Shown: in pieces, positions 41,301 to 51,389 of the stretch
Numbering within the stretch: position 1 is the first letter of the stretch
Layout of the letters: every line of letters begins with the position of its first letter
Source: Epithemia pelagica
Taxonomy: Eukaryota; Protista; Bacillariophyta
Reading direction: 5' to 3'
DNA length: 64,000 nucleotides
Assembly: GCA_946965045.2 (NCBI GenBank)
Contig: OX337232.1
Coordinates: 2,604,001-2,668,000, forward strand
Notes under the pieces: model-generated
Database searches by the model: none
Told to the model about the DNA's origin: nothing
What the model saw: only the letters and a program-made list of their open reading frames with translations
Position numbers and translations under genes: made by a program

Positions 41301-44290
41301 TCTTCCTTCGCCAGTTCAAGTTCCTCCCTTAACTCTTCCACAGCCACTTCATCTTCCGAGTCCAGGAAATCGTCTCCCACCTGTATTTCTTCTTCCACGA
41401 GATCCAACAAGTTTTGAGACTCTTCTTCAGGAAAGAAGTTAATCATCGCCGAGAGCTCATATTTAGCAGAATCGAGTTCCTCTCTTAACTCAATTAATTC
41501 GCGCCCCGGTTGCCCGAGAAGCAATCCAAACTTTATGTCATCTTCCACTTCGAACTCGCTCTGGGAAATTACAAGTTCGTTTCTTGCTTCCCTAAATTCA
41601 CTCCTGAGCTCCTGTTTCGCGGTTCCGTATTCTTCCCTTAGTTCCACAACCTCTTCACGTGGAATGATGGTTTCCACAGGATACTCAAGATCTTCGTCAA
41701 CGCCGATATCGTCCATAAACTCTACATCCAAAAGTCGAATAGATGCTCCCGTCTGCGTTCCTGTGGCAACACCAAGGATCGCTGTTGTTTGATTGGAAAT
41801 GTCAAAGTGACTCACTGATGATGCAAAATCTCGTTTCGCAGACTCCACTTCTCTTTGAAGCAATTTCTTAGCCATGTCCAGTTCTCTCCGAAGATCGATA
41901 ATTCTTTTGCGAAGCGCATCCACGGCTCCTCCAAGTAATGGTACAGGTCGTGCCAGAATATCGGGCTCTTTTGATTTACCATGAGAGGTAATTGCATGAG
42001 ACATTGTATAATCTTCGGAACGAAACAAATCCAAAAAATCGTTGTACGTGATCTTGTCACCATGAGCGCTGTTAGCGGACAGGTATATTTGATTAATATA
42101 CCGCTCATCCCTAGCCAGATCACCGACAAGCTGTCGAATATTATCACGTGAGATGTACCCAGAGTCGTCACAGTCCATCAAATCAAAAGCTTCGGCCAAA
42201 CGGTATTCTTCGATGGGCCCCAGTGCTTCCAAGGACGCTGCCAAAAATTCCGTGTAGTTAATGACCTTGTTACAATTCACGTTGACTCTCCGAAAGGCAT
42301 TCTTGATTTTATCGGCTGGATAGGGTGACCGGGCCATGGCAGCAGCAGCCTTGAATTCACCAAGGGAGATGGTACCTGTGTTTAACGTGTTGAATTCGTC
42401 AAACACCTTTCGAAGAAAAAATACTTGCGAACTTGTGGATCTCTTGGCCACCACATTCAATGCGAGACGGCGGAACACACCCATATTTGCAAACTTCATA
42501 ATATTGGCGAAAACGGAAGTCTTGAACTCTTTGGAAGTGGAGAGAGATGAGAAAACTCCACGATCCAGCTCGGATGGGGTCGGAGTGGCATTAGAAAGAC
42601 CAGCATTGGGCGTCAATGCCGTGGTCTCGGCCAACGTGGTTGTACTGTTGGCTTCCAAAGTTTCGGACGGGACTGAGGACCCTTCCCAACCACTTCCTAA
42701 TAGGAGAGGTAATTCTTGATAGAACCATTGATGATGAATGGCCGTACTTGCATTCAATCGATCGTCCGGATCCAACATTAATAGCTGAGAAATGAAGGAT
42801 TTCGCATGATCTGATATATCATCCCATACATTGGTTGGTTTATCCGTCATGTCAGCTCCTTCCATGGGTGCCGTCGTCTTGAAGGCGAAATCGCCTTTCA
42901 AAACGGCCGCCACCACATCCTTGGGCGAATCGCCATCAAATGGTTTTTCTTGGCACAAGGCAATATAGGCACAGACACCAATACTCCACAAATCGGCCTG
43001 GGTAGTATAGACGCCCTTCATGGTTTCCGGACTCATGGAATAGAGGGAACCGACGCGTTGGGTAAAGACATGATTGTGGCGAGTAAAGGATTTGGATAAA
43101 CCGAAATCAATGACTTTGATGGCAGCTTCGGGATGATTGGATTCCCAAATAATATTTTCCATCTTAATGTCACGATGAATGATATTTTGGGAATGCAAGT
43201 AATCAATGGCCGACACGACTTGTCGCATGGCGTAAGCCACCTGTCGTTCGGTATAGGGCATACGAGTATACAAGTCTCCTCCCGTACACAATTCCATGAC
43301 GAACATGAATTTGTTGTAGGAGCGAATCTGAAAGGACTCGTAGGCATTGATGATGTTCTTGTGGTCCAGTACTCGGAGAATTTCAATTTCACTTTTGAGC
43401 TGTTCAATTTGCGATTCGTTGACCATATCCAAGTTGATGAGCTTCAAGGCAAAGTAGAGACCCGTGTCTCCGTTGGCGTTTTCCCTTTTTATTTTCCCTC
43501 GTGCGACATCGTCAGTAGCGTCTTCGCTTGTATCAGTAGTGGCTATTATTGTTTCGTTGTGCTCTGGTTCCAGGGTGAGTCGTTTGTCCGAGAATGCTCT
43601 TTCGTATTGCTTTCGTAGAATAGACAAATTTTCAGGAGCCGGAGTCTTGGTTGTGTTGTTCATTGAATTGTTCAATTGGTGAATGTCACTGCTCATGGGG
43701 TTGTTGGATCGTTGTTGTTGTCGGTGGTGTGGAGGCAAGGGCTCGCTTTGCAAGGTGGGAACCAATACGGTGGCGGTTCCTTCTGGCCGCGACGACCCTC
43801 CAATTTTGTGTTCGTATTTGCGAATGCGAAAGATTTTGGACATTTTAGTAGTCGCAATTTCATTCAAGACTTGGTACATGTCGTAAAAGTCTTGTTCTCG
43901 TGTGCTTTCTCGGACCAATGAGGCATGGAAGGACACAACGGGGGATCCGAGGGCACCACCGTGGGACGTCATTCCAGGAAAGCTGTGAATGGTGCTTCGT
44001 CCCTGATGACTGCTGTGCAGGGTGTGATTGCTGGCGCCAAAACCACCCGTTTGATGAAGTCGACTGGCAGCCGCATGGCTCATGCTGGTCGGGGAGGGAG
44101 CCCCGTCACCACCACTAGTATCGGCCGCGGTAGGCGTCCAGTGAAAAAAGGACACGGCCGCATCGAGTGACACAGCCAATCTTCCATGGTGCCGTTGGGA
44201 TGGTCTGCCATTTTCCAGTTGCCGTGGTCTTTCATTTCGTGTGAAAAAGGCTGAGCACAAGGAAACATATTTGCTGACAACGTTGCCCAT
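38321..44290 (-). CDS. Giant CDPK-like kinase (CDPK-C, 1989 aa) with long acidic repeat tail
   Basis: MGNVVSKYVSLC (myristoyl/palmitoyl-type start); FALK, HRDIKMEN, DFG, SPE; degenerate EF hands; about 1200-aa acidic tail in one uninterrupted ORF; close paralogue of 34661-37546 (shared KIGGSSRPEG, SMSPETMKG). Confidence 0.85.
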   Translation of the reverse strand: MGNVVSKYVSLCSAFFTRNERPRQLENGRPSQRHHGRLAVSLDAAVSFFHWTPTAADTSGGDGAPSPTSMSHAAASRLHQTGGFGASNHTLHSSHQGRSTIHSFPGMTSHGGALGSPVVSFHASLVRESTREQDFYDMYQVLNEIATTKMSKIFRIRKYEHKIGGSSRPEGTATVLVPTLQSEPLPPHHRQQQRSNNPMSSDIHQLNNSMNNTTKTPAPENLSILRKQYERAFSDKRLTLEPEHNETIIATTDTSEDATDDVARGKIKRENANGDTGLYFALKLINLDMVNESQIEQLKSEIEILRVLDHKNIINAYESFQIRSYNKFMFVMELCTGGDLYTRMPYTERQVAYAMRQVVSAIDYLHSQNIIHRDIKMENIIWESNHPEAAIKVIDFGLSKSFTRHNHVFTQRVGSLYSMSPETMKGVYTTQADLWSIGVCAYIALCQEKPFDGDSPKDVVAAVLKGDFAFKTTAPMEGADMTDKPTNVWDDISDHAKSFISQLLMLDPDDRLNASTAIHHQWFYQELPLLLGSGWEGSSVPSETLEANSTTTLAETTALTPNAGLSNATPTPSELDRGVFSSLSTSKEFKTSVFANIMKFANMGVFRRLALNVVAKRSTSSQVFFLRKVFDEFNTLNTGTISLGEFKAAAAMARSPYPADKIKNAFRRVNVNCNKVINYTEFLAASLEALGPIEEYRLAEAFDLMDCDDSGYISRDNIRQLVGDLARDERYINQIYLSANSAHGDKITYNDFLDLFRSEDYTMSHAITSHGKSKEPDILARPVPLLGGAVDALRKRIIDLRRELDMAKKLLQREVESAKRDFASSVSHFDISNQTTAILGVATGTQTGASIRLLDVEFMDDIGVDEDLEYPVETIIPREEVVELREEYGTAKQELRSEFREARNELVISQSEFEVEDDIKFGLLLGQPGRELIELREELDSAKYELSAMINFFPEEESQNLLDLVEEEIQVGDDFLDSEDEVAVEELREELELAKEELTAARADFDPIEEASALLGLKTKPDEPEEPAQAEVVQTEPNRHIDRENQQVVMMVSNAVPEVPEDEEESAMSTYESNQEEGEGVAELQAEIRMAKKEMTLAEEDASNMWKNFEEETAARAVHVFDQRRVEDDGLAEFQEELKAAKSELLTAMSPYHVDKKLKRGNSFHPGDDEGVVQFREELAAAKSELEAARVDIKVKDTEPFLRGVARNLETATEQNNGVPRAEMQKVAVHRHSDESIMSSEDLKAFELEMAAAKTEMNIEEVAEQLLNGFSKSPNTTEFFDASQGELALIPGVNPTLTSWELDATTETRITIEDRMRMPEQIIIAAQKDNVVNHFSPDSAANSEFFDACDELPVTVLTTELLDSDVLPRTETDPYSTNVSESRTAGTLDPEERQEIETTDKHTPATKKHGLIFGLPDLSDSNCEYGEPLGNLTEGGSAPEEEIALCSMTRETSEKKSPLVAAASGEPEVSGPSGEEMAYRTNDEMKIRESPLTKSCFKKEGIVEPSTTEKQRMISSSRESEKEEWHIAEADIDSKKVGRKHHTTETDVAWAQMGTTESSSESDLMAKNMQPFQTKEQNQPVDMCAVEDYYEKGAPVDGMKQDTNESLPESQEVGEQSSMEQELDGTQSEFPGTSSMNVTPDDDESLDQGPKAPAMVTASLSIDAVNDRAGDGAIMPSSSEPMKFDSTTASIRLTGERSSDGMGLRPASDGKSQHPEVSESCEEVAEAPETRGASMPIESVMGLPVDGMPPKQDVSESCGQVTEATVTVGLSATVNSHRYGDDTAMTLPPCDESDQPNVSEPCQTEEKESPTKELEANVVNTHTSSQNEMERIQKEIAVTDFKSSVERREEETGRVDRQNEMEGNTLIVPPLVESTDPPQQAVDRQNEMEENTAPPLADIFETLENKVPIEADAGGGKVGIESDRNEKQEPMESKSLVLKPVILDPDKMQRDRIVNGVTTTPTLGDVLSESKDAALSTAIVREVNFDQKT

Positions 44291-45046
44291 ACTACGTTTC
44301 TCGCTGCACCTCCAACAAAAGAAAAAGCACCTTCACCGCCAATCCCACAAGCTTGTTGATGCCCTACCGGTCACTCGGACCTGTGGGTTGGTAGGAAGGC
44401 ACACTACCTAAGAGGGGCTCGTTGATGAGGGAAGAAGATTTGGGTGATGGTATGGCTGGTTTCGTACATTGTTTGCACCCTGACCTTCTAGCATCTTCCA
44501 CCACACCGAAACAAGATGAGCAAGAAAGGTTGCGAATCTAGAAGTGTGGTGCAACCTAGAGGAGTTGATTGCAAAAGACAAACACGACACAAACAATAAA
44601 AAGACAAGACGAGAGAGCAGGAGAGATTGCGACGACGAGAGAATTTTGTGACAAAAGTTCTGTTGCCATGGTGCGGCGTGTAGCTCCCCCACAGAAAAAT
44701 CGGATTTTGGATGGGTGGTGCGCCGCCTGGTATTATACATCGAATACAATGGACCGCTGAATATTTTGATCTTGGTCATCCTGAACTATACTAGTTCATG
44801 TACAACGGATCGATTCTATAAATTTCTAAGCGCTTAGAGCTCATATTGAAATCCAGTTTTCATCGATCAATCCACAGAATTTGAATGGTTGGAAGATTCG
44901 GTGTCGGTTTTGGTGATGGCAAAGATCCCATTTTGCATTTTGACACGTACGGGAGAACTTTGACCTTGTGTGGAGGTGGAAGAGGCATGAACAACATCAA
45001 TCCGTACCCCAACATGTACGCAAGAGCAACCTTCGGTTTTCGTCCA

Positions 45047-47261
45047 ATGTGGCTTTGCTGGGTGGCTGTCTGGAATTTCGTTTTGTTCGATGGATGCCAT
45101 GGTGGTGCGACTGCCTTTGTTCCAGTGTCGACACGTCGTCATCACCACCCTTCTCTCTCTCTTCGAGAGGATCCTCGTCACGCCATCAAAATGAATAGGG
45201 TACCCAGTTCAAATCACAAGGACGATCAATTCTTTTTGTCCAGTCCATGGTCGATCGATCGAACAAGAAATTGGGGTTCCTCCTCGCAAGTGCCGCCTCC
45301 AATCGCCTCATTCCTCTCCTCCTCATCCTCTTCGGTGGCATTTGAGATTAGCTCTACTGGCGAAGAAGACGAGAATAGTCTGGTGATTACCGAAGAAATG
45401 CAAAAAGTACAACAAGAATCTATCGATTATGCGAACTCCATGGACGTGGCATCATCCTGCCGTGATTTTGACTTGTTCTATGCCCTGTTTCGGGCCATTC
45501 GAAACCAACGCTTTGTCCCTCTCAAAATTCCCTTCGTGTTGCGCCAAGATCAAGTGCAATCGCTGACTTGGTCCAGGGACAAAACAGAGCAATGGGCAGC
45601 AGGATTTTTCAGCATGGAGCATCTGGAACACGCATTGGAAGACGACTTTCTGGATGCAGCTCGAGGATCCACGGACAATCGAAAAGGATGGAAGGTACGT
45701 TTTGACAATTGGAACTTGCTTACCTGTTGACCAATTATGAATCAACGGACATCACACTCATGGCTGTCACATATTATCTGTACTTGGCTCATGAATGTAG
45801 ATTACGGATGTCTCGGTTCCTCGAGGAGAATCATTTGAAGAAGCTCGCATGACGTACGACGATGTCTTGACAGCCTTGGAAAAGGGAACCGTGATCTTCA
45901 ATGCCGCAGGAGCTCATATTCCGCGCTTGGCGGGCCCCACATTGGCTTGTACCGATGCCACCGCCTTGCCCTGTGCCTTAAATTTGTACATTACGGCGGC
46001 CGGCAAACGTACCTCGGCACCTCCTCATACCGACAAACAAGACGTTGTGGTCATTCAATCTACCGGATGCAAACATTGGAAAGTCTACACCCCTCCCAAT
46101 CCGGCAGACAAACCAATGGCTGATGCCTTTGCGCGTGGCAAAATGGATGATTCACTTCCTCTCTATATGATGGAAAAGGAAATGGGATGTCTTTTACTCT
46201 TGGAAACGACACTCTATCCTGGAGATGTTTTGTTTATTCCTGCCGCCTTTCCCCACACCACCAGTACGATTATCCCGAGCGCAGAGGATCCTCGTCATGA
46301 ATCGGCAATCCAGGACACTAGCATTCACCTGACGATGGGATTTGACCACCACATTTGGGATTTGGATTATTTGTCCGTTCGTCGTTTCGCCCTAAGACGA
46401 GCCGGGATTGTCGATACAGCCTTAGGTTGTACGCAGGACACGGACAATCCGTATACTGGTGCGTGCAATGAACTGCCATTAGAGGTTCATGATGATTTGT
46501 TTGCCGAATTGCCAATGGGATTCTTGGAGGACAATGGATCCATGGCGGATTCACTGGTCGATGAAGTGACACGTGAAGTGGAACGCATTAGTATGGCCGT
46601 CGATGAAACGACCGCTCAACAAGTTCCTTCCAAAGTGTGGAGAGAAACGGTAGAACGCATTCGGAAACATGGTATGGACTTGCTGGACATTCACCGCAAC
46701 ATGTACTTGGCCGCCATGGACGAAGGACGTATCCGTGAGGCAGAGCAAGCCATGACGGCACATTTAGAAGGGAAGGTGTCAATGACACCAGAACGGATAC
46801 AGCGACTGAGTTTGTTTCGCGTAAAACGTTTCTTTGATCAAATTGACCATGCCAAGAAGGATTTCCGAGAGTGGTCTTGGCAAGGGACAAAACCCGTGGC
46901 AGCTTCCACAACAACAAGCGAGTCATCCGATGCGGCAGAAAGTGCCTCTGGTGGCACGGTTGCACCGACTTTAGCTACGTCGACAGCGACAGCCACCATC
47001 AAAGTGGGGGATCAGGTAGAGGCAGATTTAGGCGGCGCCTTTTTCCCCGCCACGGTGACCAAAGTTGCGGGGGGCGGCACCAGTTTTGACGTTCAGTTCT
47101 TTGACGGCGATCGAGAAACAGGTTTGACGAGATCACAGCTCAAGCTTCCACCACAGCCAGTGGCGTCGCAAGAAGAAGAAGTAGATACGTCCAGTATGAC
47201 CCCCAAGCAACTCAAACGATGGAGAAAGCAACAAGAAAAACTAAAACAACAATCGTCCTGA
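45047..47261 (+). CDS. JmjC/cupin 2-oxoglutarate oxygenase (ROX/YcfD-NO66-like) with C-terminal Tudor-like domain, probably plastid-targeted; 2 exons
   Basis: Exons 45047-45694 and 45801-47261. Signal peptide followed by ATA-FVP; NLYIT...APPHTDKQDV (HxD), LYPGDVLFIPAAFPH (His); C-terminal VGDQVEADLGGAFFPATVTK...FDVQFFDGD. Confidence 0.8.
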
Positions 47262-47726
47262 TAAACGTCGTCAGCCATTAGCTATATATTATGTATTTCA
47301 GTGTATTATGGTCTTTAGCACGTGAAATATTCGAATGCCCTTTTGGAACCAAGAACAGAGTGCTCCCGGTATTAGGATTTAAGATGTCGCGAAAAGGTGA
47401 CACCATTGTCAACCTCTTTTAGTCTACTTCTATCTATGCATCTCACGCGAAGCGAGAAAAGGGATATCCAAAACCCAGAGGGCGGGAGTGGTTTTGATTT
47501 ACACTCTGCAATTTGCGCGGTGAAGGTCTCCCGCTGGAGCGTACGCAACAAATCCGGTTTCGGTCGGAGCGAAAACTCATTTCCACGATCTTGCCATCCG
47601 ATAGACAATGTTGGTTTATCTCGCGCCGTCCAAGGTCGACTCCGTGGAACGAAGAATGTGGATCATGTCATTAACTAAACAGAAGGGAAAAGCTTACAAT
47701 AAAAAACTCAAATCGAAGTTAACGTC

Positions 47727-48782
47727 ATGACAGTCCGTACAAAAGCCAAAGCCACTGTAGCTTCCGAAGAATCAGGCGCCCACTGTGAGATTGACGCGAC
47801 TTCATCCTGCGTCCTTAACACTGCTGGTTCGACCTTTCAAACAACTTCATCTTCACTATCAGAGGAAGTGGACATGGATGCGGTTGTTGGGCATGCAGGA
47901 TACGAGGTAGATTCGAGCGGTCACCTTTCTGTGAGCTCAGATGCTTCCAACAAGCAACGTGATCCTCCTCCTTCGACCACAAAAAGCAATCACTCTGGTT
48001 CCTCTTCTTTCGTGACTCTTTCCGACTTGCTAGGCCGACCGTATATTCAAGATATTTTTGCAAGGGGAATTGTGACACCCCTGTCGGTCCTGTCGTTCTT
48101 TTTTGGAGTCAATTACGGTTGTTTGGAAGATATTGAAGAGAATCTAGCCAATGGTGCCGCAATGTTGAAAATGCCTCCATTGTGGTTTGGGGGTGGAACT
48201 GAATATGACTCTTTGTGTTTCATTCATTTCGCCGACATTGTGCGTCAACTGAAACGGGGGGACTCGCAAGGTTTTGCCAAAGACGGCTGGACCACTACAG
48301 TAGACGGAGTGATGGCTGTGCTTATTCTATCGGATCAAATTTCTCGAAATGCATTTCGCGGAACGTCGGAAGCGTTTTCTTACGATCAGTCGGCTCTGAT
48401 CTATGCTCGTCAACTTTCCAATCACATCTTTAGCATGTATGATGTGGCAGAAAGCAACAGCAAATGCCAAGTCACACTCGAAGGCACCATGTATCCGCCG
48501 TACATGGCTGTCGTGATGATGGCTCTGATGCATTCCGAAGACATTCGCGATCATGAAAATGCTTTGCGAATTTTGCAACTAGCCATTGATCGGTCCCCTC
48601 CCTCGTTGTCGGTGTGGTGGGACCAGCAAGAAGCTTTTGAATTGGATCACAAGAAAGTCATTGATCGTTTCGGTCGATATCCTCATAGAAACAACCTCAT
48701 AGGCAGGGAAACTACAGAAGACGAAGCCAGGTGGCTTGCGGATGAGGACAATCTTCCTGGCTGGGCCAGGAGCCAAGGATAG
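47727..48782 (+). CDS. DUF924 family protein
   Basis: DQISRNAFRG..AFSYD, ALMHSED, HKKVIDRFGRYPHRNNLIGRETTEDEARWL. Confidence 0.85.
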   Translation: MTVRTKAKATVASEESGAHCEIDATSSCVLNTAGSTFQTTSSSLSEEVDMDAVVGHAGYEVDSSGHLSVSSDASNKQRDPPPSTTKSNHSGSSSFVTLSDLLGRPYIQDIFARGIVTPLSVLSFFFGVNYGCLEDIEENLANGAAMLKMPPLWFGGGTEYDSLCFIHFADIVRQLKRGDSQGFAKDGWTTTVDGVMAVLILSDQISRNAFRGTSEAFSYDQSALIYARQLSNHIFSMYDVAESNSKCQVTLEGTMYPPYMAVVMMALMHSEDIRDHENALRILQLAIDRSPPSLSVWWDQQEAFELDHKKVIDRFGRYPHRNNLIGRETTEDEARWLADEDNLPGWARSQG

Positions 48783-49322
48783 TCATTCAAGACTTATCAT
48801 ACCATGCCCACAATTACTTGTAGAAACTGCTGATAGACTAAGACCATTCAAAAAATTAAAAAGCAACATAATTAAAAAGCACCATTTTTCGTTGTTATAC
48901 ACACTTGTTGCTTCAATACATCACGGTGGGGCTGGAAAGCCACGTCCAGGCAACTGAGGTGGGTACTCGTTGTTACGAGAGGAATCTGACGATGAAGCAG
49001 CTCATATTCAACGCCACCTTGATGTATATTCCATGATCCAAAGCCAACAAATCTATGCACTCCATTGAGTCAAGGTTCGCCACTGGAGTTGGAGATGGCC
49101 AGAGTACTTGACGTACATAAAAATATCAATACTTCCAGTTATTGAATCTCGCCACCATGCCTGTGTCAAAAATAACAACCGTTGTAACTCGATACAAAAG
49201 ATGTTTGGACCTAGGTTTCGTCACTGTGATCTGGGACCAGTTGATCTGAATGGATGTGATATTCAAGAGCTTGTGTCGATTTTTGATTCTCCATGAATAA
49301 TTCGGGTACATGTACAAAAGCT

Positions 49323-51029
49323 TCAAGATCCACCCCATAGATGAAGGTCGGAATTAGATGAGAGTCCAACCAGTCGTGTTCCTTGAACGTTCCAGGTCAA
49401 ATGTGTCATTGGTGTTGCAAGTCCATAGTCGTCCATGATTTGTGGAGTGAAACTGCCAAGGAGTCCTTCTTGATGAGTATGAGAGTTGCCGGACGACTCG
49501 CTTGACTGAAAAGCGTCGTATTTTCGTTTCTCGTCAAGGGATGCACCGGACCAATTCGACTTTAAAACACCTTTGATGGAGGCCGAGTACATGGATATAT
49601 TCACCTTGTTGACAAAGGTATGTCGGTCTTCGTGAAACGATGCACAGGCCAGAGTGGATTGGTGAGTGTTCAAGGCAAATGGAAAAGAACGAGAGCTACC
49701 GCCCGTGAATCCAAAGGGTGGCATGGGCTGGGTCGTGACTCTTCGAGTTTCGCCCGTCGCTAAATCGACCATCCAATGAGCAATCCTCTGCTGATGATTC
49801 GTTGTGGTAGTGGCCACATGTAGCCGACCTTTCTCGTCCAACGCCTTGAGATGAAAGACGGATGGCCCGGGAACACTTGTCTTGTCCCTTTTCAATGCCA
49901 TGGTTGGTACTGGAACTTGTGCCACGGGATCGGCCCTCTGGACTCGAGCTCCAGCTTCAAACAAAGTGTTCAACGATGAAACCTCGTGGAAAGGTCGACG
50001 GCTGTATCGAATGTCCCACAAGTGAATCTTGTACATATGTCGCTTCTTGTCTTGAGAATGGATACAAGAGGTTGTGGCAACCGAGTGTTCATTTACAAAA
50101 CAGGCCAACTCCAAGCGAATATGGTTGCTGCTGCTCCTGTTGCCATGATTTTGACACAGGAATACCATGTGCTGAGAAAGTGATCGTCCATTCGTATTGG
50201 TTTCCAGATGTGCACGGCATCGACTGTCATGGACGCAAAAGTAATCACGATCCGCTCCAACATGCAGTGCCAGCACCGAGGACGGGCTCCGCTCGAGAAA
50301 ATCCCAGCTTGGATGGTTACAATGAGCGATAGCCGAAGCACAAGACGTGGGAGCACCCTTGAATGATGGACACGATACATGTTGATAGACTTGAGATACA
50401 AGTCGAGTTTCACAACGTTTGGGAGTCTGCACAGTCAGAAAAGCAGACGAAATCGGAGAGAATGGTCTCGTGCCTTGAACGGATGAGGGACTTTGACGAG
50501 TTTGTCGTTCTGTATCGTAAATATCGTATCGTCCATTCGGTGCGCCCGTGACAAAGGCGGTCCCTCCAAATAAGCCCGTTGTGTTCTGATAAGGATAAAG
50601 ACGCTGTTGACAGTTTGGAGGATCCTTTTGCTGATCCAGACGTGCGAGACAAAATCCCCGATTGCCTGCTATGGTACGCTCTTCTTCATTGAGGTTGTTC
50701 GCAGAGTCTGGTAGTGCAATCACATCAATGCCATGCTTATGTGAACAGAGAACCAAACGACCTTGGTCCAAGAACGAGCAGTGGTAGTAAGACTTTCTGA
50801 TCTCTCGAGGACGAGAAAAGATCAGAGACGGCGACGAAGATGGCAGGAATATACCGTCTTCTTCACCATGATGTGGTTGTCCCTGGGAGCTCAAGATTCG
50901 GTACCTGACGATGCGGTGAACATGTGAGATTCGTTCGTGTCGGAAACGTTGGCAGACATTCCTGAGTGACAGAAGATGTGGCTGATGTATTGTGAAAGGA
51001 GAGAAACAGTAAAAGTTGTTGTCATTCAT
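49323..51029 (-). CDS. Hypothetical protein, possibly a divergent beta-propeller
   Basis: Uninterrupted ORF of about 568 aa, divergent from BUB3; WD-like ends (YDIYD, IHLWDIR, LHLWG). No family recognised. Confidence 0.55.
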   Translation of the reverse strand: MNDNNFYCFSPFTIHQPHLLSLRNVCQRFRHERISHVHRIVRYRILSSQGQPHHGEEDGIFLPSSSPSLIFSRPREIRKSYYHCSFLDQGRLVLCSHKHGIDVIALPDSANNLNEEERTIAGNRGFCLARLDQQKDPPNCQQRLYPYQNTTGLFGGTAFVTGAPNGRYDIYDTERQTRQSPSSVQGTRPFSPISSAFLTVQTPKRCETRLVSQVYQHVSCPSFKGAPTSCASAIAHCNHPSWDFLERSPSSVLALHVGADRDYFCVHDSRCRAHLETNTNGRSLSQHMVFLCQNHGNRSSSNHIRLELACFVNEHSVATTSCIHSQDKKRHMYKIHLWDIRYSRRPFHEVSSLNTLFEAGARVQRADPVAQVPVPTMALKRDKTSVPGPSVFHLKALDEKGRLHVATTTTNHQQRIAHWMVDLATGETRRVTTQPMPPFGFTGGSSRSFPFALNTHQSTLACASFHEDRHTFVNKVNISMYSASIKGVLKSNWSGASLDEKRKYDAFQSSESSGNSHTHQEGLLGSFTPQIMDDYGLATPMTHLTWNVQGTRLVGLSSNSDLHLWGGS

Positions 51030-51389
51030 GGGAGAGACTTGGTTCTTCTGGATAATCTGTAACACCTCTCATTGAGAATCATCCATCATCGTCCTCCCCA
51101 AAGTCCCGAAAAACAACGGATGTGGATGTGGCGGTGCAATTTGCCACCCCGCGCTGCGCGCAAGCGAACCTACCGCAATCGCGCCTTTGCATAGCGCGCC
51201 CTCCAAGGCCATACCCGCGCTATGGTCGCAAGCGTGACACTAAGGTACCTACTCTATCACCTTTGTCGCATCTTTCCCATTTCCCAAACACAAGAAGCGA
51301 AGAGGTTACCCCTACCTAGATGACAAGGGAAACCTACGACAGCACGTACAATCAAAGCGGCGCTAGGACCGAAAAATAAGAACGTGATC

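Noticed and set aside
48872-49320. Short minus-strand ORFs downstream of the 49323 gene as extra exons
   Set aside because: No consistent splice sites or continuous frame could be built.
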